Of a DNA stretch of 64,000 nt, positions 35,083 through 43,351 are shown piece after piece. The notes beneath the pieces are model-generated. The model was not told the origin of the DNA, did not search any database, and was given only the letters and a program-made list of their open reading frames with translations. Origin of the DNA: Candidatus Methylomirabilales bacterium (GTDB taxonomy: Bacteria; Methylomirabilota; Methylomirabilia; Methylomirabilales; CSP1-5); contig JBOHQS010000002.1 of assembly GCA_050732295.1 (NCBI GenBank), positions 416 through 64,415 of the forward strand, written 5' to 3'. Each line of letters opens with the position of its first letter. Positions within the stretch are counted from its first letter, which is position 1. The position numbers and the translations under genes were made by a program.

Positions 35083-37226
35083 TGCAGCCCGTCCCAGAGG
35101 TTGTCTTTCAGCCATTCGCCGTTCTCCCGCCGCCAGACGCGCGGATCGCGGAACGTGTCGCCAACACGGTCGAATTCCTCTTCGGTCATCCCCACGTAAG
35201 GCAGCCACCGGCAGAGATCCCGGGGTTTTATGTGGTCGTACTTCCGCACCAACTCGATCCCCTCGTCACGGGTCATCCGGCCGGCCCGGATGTCCTTGCA
35301 CACGTGGTCCGTACAGCGACCGTATCCGAACTTGATGTACTTCAGGTAATCATGCACGCCGTTCTCGTGCATGTCATCCAGGTTGGACATCCGCCGGTAG
35401 GTGCGGTCGAACGGCTCCGGGTTGATCTCGAAGCCGTACTTCTCCATCACGAGCTTACCGTGCTCGTTCGCTTCCCAGTAGACGTAGTTCCCGAGGTAAA
35501 TCCCCCGCACGTCCAGGTCGAACAGCTCCTGGTCCGAGGGGTACTGGTAGGGGATCATGTCCCGAGCCGTGATGCCCTCGAGCCCGATGAAGTAGTTCCA
35601 TTCGTAGCCGCGGGCGAAATGCTCGAGTCGGTCGCGGTAGCTCATCTCGGGGAAGTCGTCCATAGAGAACTGGCCGCCCAGATCCAGGTAGCCGTGCTCA
35701 CCCCAAATGACCAGCGGGGCGCGGAACTGCGCCGCGATGCGGACCGGAAGCGTGGTGATGCCCACGTGCGCGTGCCAATTCATGTCCCCCATGACGGTGA
35801 AGCCGAGCCGGTTGAGCTTCCGGAGCAGCTCCACGCTCGGCGAATAGAAGACATGATCGACGCCGAAAACTTCCTTCATCCGATGGACGTTCCGCCACCC
35901 CACTTCGGTGTAGTTGTTGCCGTTGTAAGTCACCAGCACCGGGTTCAGGCCGAACTCGTTCTTGATCACGTGGGTCTGAAAATAGCTGTCCTTGCCCCCG
36001 CTGACCGCAATCACGCAGTCGTACCGGGACCCGTCCTTGCACCGGTATTTCTCGAGGACCTCGCGGAGCAGCTCCTGCCGCCGCCTCCATTCCGACTCGG
36101 GAATCTCCTGTTTGGCCTCGGCCACCAGGCAGCCGGTGCAAACCCCGGACTCGTCGAATTCCAGGGGGACCGCGCTGATGGACGGGTACACGCACTTGGT
36201 GCACCAGCGGATCGTGGTCCGCTTGTTCGGCTCATCCCTCGGCCCGATCTCGGCAGCCCTGAGCCGCACAGTGATCTTTTCGTGCTTCTCCTGCTCGTCG
36301 TACACCGGCTCGCGGGGGAACCATCGGCTGTTCAGTCCCACGCGGCGCATCGGGATGCCCGCGTCGATGCAGGCCTTTTTCGCCATCGGGTAGCTCAGCT
36401 CGAAGAAGTGAAAGATATTCGCCGCGGAAACCGCGCTCGCCCCCGCTTCGAGGATACCCGCCGGGAAGTGGTCATGCTTCCCGACGCCACCGCAGGCGAT
36501 CACCGGAATGGTGGTGACCTCGGTTACGCCCCGGATCAGCTCGATGTCATACCCCTGTGCCGTCCCGTCCCGATCGATGGAGTTCAGAAAGATCTCACCG
36601 GCACCCAACTCCTCTGCGCGCTTGGCCCACGCGGCCGGATCCATCCCTGTCGGCTGCCTGCCCGAGTGGCTGTACACCTGCCAAGCGAGTCCGAGGTCTG
36701 AGGACTGAGGACTGAGGTCTTGCGGGTCCTCTCCTGACATCGGACGTTGGACGGCTCGACTGAGCTCGCCGAATTCTTCGGACATTGGACGTCTTTTGGC
36801 GTCGATGCTGATCACGATGCACTGCGACCCGAAGCGCCGCGCGGCCTCGCTGATGAATTGCGGATCCTCGAGGGCCTTGGTGTTGATAATGCACTTGTCG
36901 GCACCAGCCGCCAGCCTGGCCCTGATGTCTTCCAGAGAACGAATGCGGCCCCCGAAAGCCAAGGGCATGAAGCAGACGCGGGAAACCGCCCTGAGGACAT
37001 CGAGTGCCGTCGAGCCCGCGTAGTGGACCTGCAGGTCATCCCGACGCAGGTCGTGGAAATCTTCCGAACTGATGTCGAGCAAGATAAGCTCATCAACATT
37101 CCAGGTTGAAAAGCGCTCGATCGTGCTCATCGGGTTGCCGATGACCTGATGAATCTTGAACACCTGGCTCCGGACGATCAGCCCATGCTTCAAGAGCAGG
37201 CAGGGGATCAGGCGCGGCCGAATCAT
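35079..37226 (-). CDS. Fusion: HisF-like (WbuZ-type) cyclase/ammonia-channel subunit + N-acetyl-sugar amidotransferase (PseA/WbuX/LfnA PP-loop family)
   Basis: 715 aa. N-half: RLIPCLLLKHGLIVRS...VDELILLDIS...LNSIDRDGTAQGYD...IACGGVG. C-half: TKCVYPSISAVPLEFDESGVCTGC, VIAVSGGKDSYFQTHV. Confidence 0.8.
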   Translation of the reverse strand: MIRPRLIPCLLLKHGLIVRSQVFKIHQVIGNPMSTIERFSTWNVDELILLDISSEDFHDLRRDDLQVHYAGSTALDVLRAVSRVCFMPLAFGGRIRSLEDIRARLAAGADKCIINTKALEDPQFISEAARRFGSQCIVISIDAKRRPMSEEFGELSRAVQRPMSGEDPQDLSPQSSDLGLAWQVYSHSGRQPTGMDPAAWAKRAEELGAGEIFLNSIDRDGTAQGYDIELIRGVTEVTTIPVIACGGVGKHDHFPAGILEAGASAVSAANIFHFFELSYPMAKKACIDAGIPMRRVGLNSRWFPREPVYDEQEKHEKITVRLRAAEIGPRDEPNKRTTIRWCTKCVYPSISAVPLEFDESGVCTGCLVAEAKQEIPESEWRRRQELLREVLEKYRCKDGSRYDCVIAVSGGKDSYFQTHVIKNEFGLNPVLVTYNGNNYTEVGWRNVHRMKEVFGVDHVFYSPSVELLRKLNRLGFTVMGDMNWHAHVGITTLPVRIAAQFRAPLVIWGEHGYLDLGGQFSMDDFPEMSYRDRLEHFARGYEWNYFIGLEGITARDMIPYQYPSDQELFDLDVRGIYLGNYVYWEANEHGKLVMEKYGFEINPEPFDRTYRRMSNLDDMHENGVHDYLKYIKFGYGRCTDHVCKDIRAGRMTRDEGIELVRKYDHIKPRDLCRWLPYVGMTEEEFDRVGDTFRDPRVWRRENGEWLKDNLWDGLQ
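36693..36720. repeat. Four tandem 7-nt units (GAGGTCT GAGGACT GAGGACT GAGGTCT) inside the HisF-like coding region
   Basis: Read directly from the sequence. It lies in a ~30-aa low-complexity insertion (…RPMSEE…RPMSGEDPQDLSPQSSDLG…) between the DAKR and WQVYSHSGR strands. Confidence 0.9.
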
Positions 37227-37858
37227 GAGGATACCCGGCTCCCAAGGTAGCGGAAGAATGAATCCAGGACCTCGAGTCCCACGTCCTGGCTCTTCTCGGG
37301 GTGAAACTGCACCCCGAACAGCTTCCCGCGCTCGATAGCTGCCGGAATCGCCCGGCCGCTGTACTTAATGGTGGCCGCGATGTCTTGGCGGTCCGCGCAC
37401 TCCAGATAGTAGCTGTGCGCGAAGTAGAACGACTCGCCATCGCGGACCTTTGCAAACAGCACCCCGGGCTTGACGACGGCCGCATCGCACCAACCCATGT
37501 TGGGCACACGACATCCTTCTTCGGTCGCGTTGAGCCGCACCACGCGACCTTTGACGTAACCCAGGCCCTCATGCACGCCATGCTCCTCGCCCACCTCGGC
37601 GAGAAGTTGCATCCCCAGGCAGATCCCGAGGAGGGGCTTTTTCCCCTGGACGGCATGACGATGCAAGCCGTCCACCAATCCATGCTTCCGTAATGCGGCC
37701 ATCCCGTCCCCGAAGGCCCCAACCCCCGGAAGGATGACGGCGCTTGCCGCTTCGATGTCGCGGGCTTTCGTGGTCACCTGCACCCGAACCCCGACCCGCT
37801 CACACGCCTCCAGTACCGACTGAAGGTTCCCCATCTCCATGTCGATCATCGCGATCAC
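37223..37858 (-). CDS. hisH: HisH-like (WbuY-type) glutamine amidotransferase subunit
   Basis: 211 aa. MIDMEMGNLQSV; LPGVGAFG; catalytic GICLGMQLL; VQFHPEKS. 4-nt overlap with the HisF-fusion gene. Confidence 0.85.
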   Translation of the reverse strand: MIAMIDMEMGNLQSVLEACERVGVRVQVTTKARDIEAASAVILPGVGAFGDGMAALRKHGLVDGLHRHAVQGKKPLLGICLGMQLLAEVGEEHGVHEGLGYVKGRVVRLNATEEGCRVPNMGWCDAAVVKPGVLFAKVRDGESFYFAHSYYLECADRQDIAATIKYSGRAIPAAIERGKLFGVQFHPEKSQDVGLEVLDSFFRYLGSRVSS

Positions 37859-37860
37859 GA

Positions 37861-37892
37861 CCTACCCTTCACCCCTCACGCCTCACGCCTTC
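37861..37892. repeat. Solo copy of the GTGAGG-type motif seen around the four-helix-bundle cassette
   Basis: cctacccttcacccctcacgcctcacgccttc, in the same orientation as the 5448-5575 array. It overlaps the last 7 codons (…GVRREG*) of the upstream ORF. Confidence 0.8.
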
Positions 37893-39302
37893 GGGATCCC
37901 TGATCCTCGAGATCCGCGGCCGTGTCACGGGTGCGAACTGAAACTGCACGAGGCCTTTGTCTCTGAACTTGAGGAGGTAACGGTACAGATGGTCAAACGG
38001 GACATCGTGCTTTTCGGCGATATCGAGGACCGTCCACGAGCCGTCGAAGTACCGCAGGAGCGAGTCGAGCAGGGTCCCCCATTTCTCGGAATCCGGCTCT
38101 AGAGGCTTATCGACGGCCGGATCGGGGCGCTCTTGATACAGGTCATATTCGGGGTTAGACAGACAGATGAGTCCGTCGAATGTCCGGTACAACGTGGCGT
38201 TGTGCTCGAGGATCTCGACGGCGCGGACGAAGACGCTATAGAACTCCGCGAGCTGATCCGCGCTCAGGATCTCCGGCGTATCGAGGCTGGAATGATACTC
38301 GCGATACGGCGAGAAGAGATCCCTGCTGCGGCTCACCTCCACGAACGGGACTTCGTACCCGGGCGCTTCCCACACCGTCTCGTCGTTGCCGGCTCCCCTC
38401 CGCCACGGCACGAACTCGTAGGCCTTGCAGTGGTGCCGGATGGCGTGCCGGAACACCTTGTCGATGTCCTGAGCGCCCAGGAACGACGATGCCAGCTTGA
38501 CGGGTCCGCTCGTTCCCGGCATCTCGGCGAACGCGCCACCGACAAACCGTTCGAGTTCCTCACGGTTCCGATTGTGGAGATAAAACACCGTCCCCACATG
38601 CTCGGGCCCGATCACGAGCCGATACGTGTAATAGGTCTTTTGCCGGTGCAACCACTGGAACAGCCGGATCAGGACTGCGACCCCGGCAAGGTCATCATTT
38701 GCCATATGCGGATGGCACGTATGGGCGTTGAAGACGATCGTCGCCCCCGACTCGCCCGGATGCTCGTATTCCCCGACCAGCATTTCCCCCGGTTCGTAGG
38801 TGGTCTCCAGATCGACGCGGTACCGCCCCGTCCCGAATGTCTTGTACACCTCGTAGGGTATGCAGAAGGCCCAATCCGCATCCCAGGGCCGGTACTGCCA
38901 CATGCAGTGGTACATGTGGGCCTGCGGCAGGTCCGGGTTCGTCACGACGTGCCGGTGCAGTTCCTCCCACTCAAGCTCGCCGTGAAAGGATTTCGAGTAG
39001 GTCGCAACTGCCAGGGTGTGGGTCCCGCCGTCGAAGACTTTTTTCCCCTCTTTCGTGATGGCCGCTTCCTTCACCTGCCATAGCTCCGGCACCACCCATC
39101 CGTTGAACGTTGATGCCGACGGGTATCGATACAACCTGATGGGCAATTCCCGCCCGATCCTTTCGAACAGACGCGCGTTGTCCGGTGCGACAACGCCCGT
39201 GGCGAACGCGCACAAGTCGGCCGTCAACGACAGGATCTCTCTTCCCTCGTCGGCCGTCATCCGCGTGAGATGGGAGTCAGAACTGGTTTCCTGGTGGGCC
39301 AT
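37869..39302 (-). CDS. Aminopeptidase-like (M28-fold) DUF4910/DUF2172-type protein with C-terminal winged-helix domain
   Basis: 477 aa. Recognised from memory of the COG4310-type architecture (…FNAHTCHPHMANDDLAGVAVL…; C-terminal WTVLDIAEKHDVPFDHLYRYLLKFRDKGLV). Function unknown. Confidence 0.5.
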   Translation of the reverse strand: MAHQETSSDSHLTRMTADEGREILSLTADLCAFATGVVAPDNARLFERIGRELPIRLYRYPSASTFNGWVVPELWQVKEAAITKEGKKVFDGGTHTLAVATYSKSFHGELEWEELHRHVVTNPDLPQAHMYHCMWQYRPWDADWAFCIPYEVYKTFGTGRYRVDLETTYEPGEMLVGEYEHPGESGATIVFNAHTCHPHMANDDLAGVAVLIRLFQWLHRQKTYYTYRLVIGPEHVGTVFYLHNRNREELERFVGGAFAEMPGTSGPVKLASSFLGAQDIDKVFRHAIRHHCKAYEFVPWRRGAGNDETVWEAPGYEVPFVEVSRSRDLFSPYREYHSSLDTPEILSADQLAEFYSVFVRAVEILEHNATLYRTFDGLICLSNPEYDLYQERPDPAVDKPLEPDSEKWGTLLDSLLRYFDGSWTVLDIAEKHDVPFDHLYRYLLKFRDKGLVQFQFAPVTRPRISRIRDPEGVRREG

Positions 39303-40519
39303 TAAACACTCTGCGTGGACATGAGGCGCTGCCGAATCGCCCGGAACACCTCCTCGAAGAGGAAAGACCGGCGAATGAGCTGCGAATCCAGTGACTCTTC
39401 TGCTACGCTCAGCAGCGCCCGGCGGAACAACTCGAAGCCGTAGTCGAGCTGCGGATCCCCGAGGTCACTCCTCCAACTGCAGTAATCGCGATGACTCCTC
39501 ACAATATATTCCAGAACGTCGCCATTCGGCCATCTGCTCTCACAATCCTCGAGTGGCTCGTAGCCAACGAGTTTCATGTCGGGACCGCAAAAACAATCCA
39601 CAACTTCAACAATTGTCGGATTTAATCTTGTCCGCCAGCGTTCTGCCCGATCCACGCTGATGCCCACCGTGACCTCTTCAAAACTACTATTTCCTTTCCA
39701 CACACTACCGGTAGCGAAATCGAAGTACTTACCTGTGTCCAACATTTCTGGCTTGAATTCAACATCAAGAAACTCACAGACCTCTCTTGCCCTTTTCTCA
39801 GGGTCTCTCACAAATTCCTCATGCTTCAAAACATAGATTCTGTCTTTAAACTGCTCGTCGTTTCGGTAATGTTCGCAGAACGCCACATACTTTCGCCAGT
39901 GGCGCGCATAAGATAGCACTTGTCCTACCTGTAAAGGATCAATCTTTACTACCCCCAACATTGAGTTGACGATGGCCCGAGGATCTCGAAGAATCACAAT
40001 AAACCGAGCCTCCGGATATGCACGAGCCAGGGGTCTGAAGAACTCGATTGTCCAAGCGTCCTTAATCCCAACCCACCTTCGGTCCTTAGCCTTTCGGGCT
40101 TCTGCAATGATCCGAAACGCGTTGTCAAACATTTCCTTATACGTTGACCCTCGAAGCTCGGAAAGATAGGGTATCAATTCGGCGCATTGGAGCTCGGCTC
40201 GCCGAACGCTCGATTGGAGAAACGGTTCCCACTCACTTGGATCGAAAGACATACTCAAATCACCAGCCTGGATGGTGTCCATAATTCGAATGCGTTCAGG
40301 TAGGAAGTAGTAATCCTGTATAGGTGAGCGGGGGTCGAACACGCATTGGATTTCAGGCGAAGCACCATATCGAACGAAGGCATTACGCAGGGACCGGAAA
40401 AGTTCGAGATATGGTTCGGATGCCACCATGACCTGGTTGTTAGCACTCAGCATCATACTTATCAGGTAACTGCCAGACCTTGCCGTACTAGTCATAAACA
40501 ATGGCAGACAGCCGTTCAT
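39302..40519 (-). CDS. Sulfotransferase-family protein
   Basis: 405 aa. 5'-PSB-like loop TSTARSGSYL; 3'-PB-like ILRDPRAIVNS; VLKHEEFVRDPEKRAREVCEFLDV. Confidence 0.7.
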   Translation of the reverse strand: MNGCLPLFMTSTARSGSYLISMMLSANNQVMVASEPYLELFRSLRNAFVRYGASPEIQCVFDPRSPIQDYYFLPERIRIMDTIQAGDLSMSFDPSEWEPFLQSSVRRAELQCAELIPYLSELRGSTYKEMFDNAFRIIAEARKAKDRRWVGIKDAWTIEFFRPLARAYPEARFIVILRDPRAIVNSMLGVVKIDPLQVGQVLSYARHWRKYVAFCEHYRNDEQFKDRIYVLKHEEFVRDPEKRAREVCEFLDVEFKPEMLDTGKYFDFATGSVWKGNSSFEEVTVGISVDRAERWRTRLNPTIVEVVDCFCGPDMKLVGYEPLEDCESRWPNGDVLEYIVRSHRDYCSWRSDLGDPQLDYGFELFRRALLSVAEESLDSQLIRRSFLFEEVFRAIRQRLMSTQSV

Positions 40520-41340
40520 GCTGAGTTGGCCCTTCCTTCGCCAGCGAGATCTACTTTTTCATTGTGCGTCGGAATCTCCACATGACCGCCCTCTACACGC
40601 CAAAGCGATCCGTAGCCCACAGTGCCAGCGGCAGGCTCTCCAGCTTTACTTATCCGCTTGCTCAGTATCGTAATGTGCCGCAGGACTGGATGCATGATAT
40701 AGAATGCATCACCAGCGTCAACGGGTTGCGACTTCGCAACAAACTCCCCCCTCACGCGATATTCCTCCAATACTCGAACCAACAGATCTGCCCGGATGTA
40801 AGGGTCATATCCGTAGTCGAGCGTCGTTAGATCACGCGGAGGCGGATATTCCTGCGTTGCGATGACCGGGCCTCGATCGATCTGCTCATTCAAGAGGATT
40901 GCTGAGGCACCACATGTCCCGGAGATCAGAAGACTGTAATAAATCGTCGTGCTTCCCCGGAAGTAGGGAGCCACACCAGCATGGATGTGCAGGAATTTCT
41001 TACCTGCACCCAGAATCTCTCTTTTCAGAATCCCACCGCTTGGCCCCGAATAAATCAGCACATTCACCGGGCACCTACGAACCGCAGCTAAGACCTCGGC
41101 GCCATTTACATCCTCCGTCTCCACAGCTTCATACGACAATCCCAGCTGCCGTATCGTCTCAAGCGCCGGCGTCACGTTGTCAAAATACGGCACCGCAGGA
41201 AACACAACCTCGCAATTTTCCCTTCTGCGGCTTAGGAAAATCACGTGCCCCGGTAGCAAATTATGCCGCTTCATCGCGCACAAATAGGCACGAGTCCTAC
41301 TTGACTCGACTGCCATCAAGCCAATGTCTTTCAGCAACAT
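40516..41340 (-). CDS. Formyltransferase-fold-like protein (tentative)
   Basis: 274 aa. FLHIHAGVAPYFRGSTTIYYSLL and NEQIDRGPVIATQ resemble the HxSLLPxxRG / DxGxD motifs of formyl transferases, but are not canonical. Confidence 0.35.
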   Translation of the reverse strand: MLLKDIGLMAVESSRTRAYLCAMKRHNLLPGHVIFLSRRRENCEVVFPAVPYFDNVTPALETIRQLGLSYEAVETEDVNGAEVLAAVRRCPVNVLIYSGPSGGILKREILGAGKKFLHIHAGVAPYFRGSTTIYYSLLISGTCGASAILLNEQIDRGPVIATQEYPPPRDLTTLDYGYDPYIRADLLVRVLEEYRVRGEFVAKSQPVDAGDAFYIMHPVLRHITILSKRISKAGEPAAGTVGYGSLWRVEGGHVEIPTHNEKVDLAGEGRANSA

Positions 41341-42023
41341 AGCACGATCCCGTGATCCGCAGCGAGCTCCTTCACCGCTTCCAACTCTGCCTCAACCGCC
41401 CCAAGCAACGTCAGCTGTGTCATAGGCCCCTCGCCAATAATACTTACAGAGCTGAGCAGATCAATTAATTTAAGAACCGAGTTAAGGTGCTTTATGCTCC
41501 GCTCTCCGTGGTACAGATACATCAGCAGACTGGCTAGGAGGGCATAATTCTCCAGCTGGTCATACTTCTTACTTGCTGGTTTCAACGCAGCCGAGTACGC
41601 AACATACAATCGTTTTTGGGTCTCATATTTCTTGACTAGCAAATCGATCCACGAGGCAAGCACTCCCACTGGTTCCTGCGTACTGTGGAGGAGAGCCTGC
41701 CAGAGGTCCAACAACAGCGATTTCGTGACAAACTCTCGAGATCCTGGCATTCCTGGTATCACCTCGGGGGACCTCTCGCGCAAGCCCGAGGGAACATCCG
41801 CCGGGAGCCTCTGTGAAACAGCGTGACGTATCTCCTCTGCGATTACCGTCTCGTTCGACGTTATCGCGCTTATGCTTGGCTGCGACTCTCTTAGCACGCT
41901 CCTCAAATTCTCACGTTGCGAAACGTAAGCACGCAAGAACTCCGGTCCCTCGTGCGGCGTATACATATAATCGCACCGGTCTACGAGCTGGCTTCTCTCC
42001 GTGTATCGGTACCTAAGATTCAT
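41331..42023 (-). CDS. Hypothetical protein
   Basis: 230 aa. ATGA overlap with the upstream kinase gene. Helical C-half. I recognise no motif. Confidence 0.5.
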   Translation of the reverse strand: MNLRYRYTERSQLVDRCDYMYTPHEGPEFLRAYVSQRENLRSVLRESQPSISAITSNETVIAEEIRHAVSQRLPADVPSGLRERSPEVIPGMPGSREFVTKSLLLDLWQALLHSTQEPVGVLASWIDLLVKKYETQKRLYVAYSAALKPASKKYDQLENYALLASLLMYLYHGERSIKHLNSVLKLIDLLSSVSIIGEGPMTQLTLLGAVEAELEAVKELAADHGIVLCC

Positions 42024-42544
42024 CTCGTTTCGGCAAACTTCGAATCTATCGCAGCCACAATCTGATCTGCGAGAGCCTCAGCCGAGACTCCTGAGTCATC
42101 ATTCTCTATTATTAGGTCCGACCATTTGGGGGGTGTGAAGGGAATATCGATTCCAACAACGTTAGCAAGCGTTCCGGCGAGCGCTCCGCTGTACAATCCC
42201 TTTTGGTCCCGCTGAATGAGGACTGACATCAGCACGTCTATGTAGACCTCAAAATAGCTTGAATAATTATGTCGATTCCACTCTTGCGTTTCGTGAAAAA
42301 GGGATAGAATTGCGCAGACAACATCAATTCCTTGACCGTCAAGAAACTGACAGAGACGGCAAACCCTCCATGCATTCGCCCTCCTATCTTCCAAGGAATA
42401 CCCGAGGTCGCTTCCCATGATGGCACGGACATGATCTCCATCAAGGAAAGCCACGTTTGGGCGGCGGGCTTTCAGTCGGGCATACACCTCCCGCCCAATG
42501 ACCGACTTCCCCGCGCCGGCGAGCCCAATCAGCCAAAGTACCAA
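42020..42544 (-). CDS. Adenylylsulfate-kinase homologue (CysC fold); by context a candidate CDP-amidate 3'-kinase (Cj1415 type)
   Basis: 174 aa. P-loop GLAGAGKS; LDGDHVR; LGYSLEDRRAN. Confidence 0.75.
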   Translation of the reverse strand: MVLWLIGLAGAGKSVIGREVYARLKARRPNVAFLDGDHVRAIMGSDLGYSLEDRRANAWRVCRLCQFLDGQGIDVVCAILSLFHETQEWNRHNYSSYFEVYIDVLMSVLIQRDQKGLYSGALAGTLANVVGIDIPFTPPKWSDLIIENDDSGVSAEALADQIVAAIDSKFAETR

Positions 42545-42547
42545 CTC

Positions 42548-43330
42548 CTATATCTCCTTCTGCCCGATGAACACTAGGACGTTGCAAAATTGGCGCGGGA
42601 ACACCCTGACCAGTATTCGGTCCAGAATACGCCCGATTCCGTTCAAACGATAGCCCTGTCCACGTCGATCGGTCTCATCTGCACTCCGACCACGGAACCA
42701 CGGAACGCGGAAGAGCAGGGAGAAGTTCCTTGCTCGATAAACTTGGTGAGTAACCAGACCATGGCGGCGAAGCACTTGCACGAATTCGCGTTCACCGACC
42801 TGCCACTTATGGAATTTCAAGTTTCCCTTGATATGTCGCCCATCTTTCAGCCACCACAACCACTCGTTAAGCCGCATCTCAAAGTTATCCGGCCGCATGG
42901 AGATGCAAAACCGACCGCCTATTTTCAGGCACCGTGCCGTCTCGGCAATGGCTCCGCCCATTTCCTCTTCGAGGTTGTGATACAGTCCAAAGGCCAGGAC
43001 TACGTCGAATTCATTGTTGGCAAACGGCATGTCCCGGACATCACCCAAGCGGACATCGAGAGCAGGATTCTCGCACTTCAATTGGTCCACGGCGACTTTG
43101 CTGGTCTCCAATCCTGTAATGCTGTAGCCAGCGTAATGATAATGCTTTGTTATCCGCCCCAATCCAGCGCCTATCTCTAAGACTCGATCGCCTTGACCTT
43201 TGATAACGAGCTCGGCATACTTGATCGGGTAAATGTTCAGGTCCGAGAACCGATCAGGATCGCGGCCTGCTTCTTTCCATCGCCGGTCCCAGTAATCGCG
43301 ATTGTCCTCGAAACGAAAACCCTTCTTCAT
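42548..43330 (-). CDS. Class I SAM-dependent methyltransferase
   Basis: 260 aa. Motif I VLEIGAGLGRITKHY; FDVVLAFGLYHNL. Confidence 0.8.
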   Translation of the reverse strand: MKKGFRFEDNRDYWDRRWKEAGRDPDRFSDLNIYPIKYAELVIKGQGDRVLEIGAGLGRITKHYHYAGYSITGLETSKVAVDQLKCENPALDVRLGDVRDMPFANNEFDVVLAFGLYHNLEEEMGGAIAETARCLKIGGRFCISMRPDNFEMRLNEWLWWLKDGRHIKGNLKFHKWQVGEREFVQVLRRHGLVTHQVYRARNFSLLFRVPWFRGRSADETDRRGQGYRLNGIGRILDRILVRVFPRQFCNVLVFIGQKEI

Positions 43331-43351
43331 CGCGAATCCTAACGCACGAAT

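Noticed and set aside
35079-37858. hisH/hisF as histidine-biosynthesis genes
   Set aside because: No other his genes are present. The HisF-like domain is fused to a PP-loop N-acetyl-sugar amidotransferase, which matches the WbuY/WbuZ/WbuX glycan-modification paradigm.
42020-42544. APS-kinase homologue as a housekeeping cysC for sulfate assimilation
   Set aside because: There is no cysDN/sat, cysH or sulfite reductase nearby. The gene sits in the same order as cj1415c behind Cj1418/1417/1416-type genes. A role in PAPS supply for the nearby sulfotransferase cannot be excluded and is retained as the alternative hypothesis.
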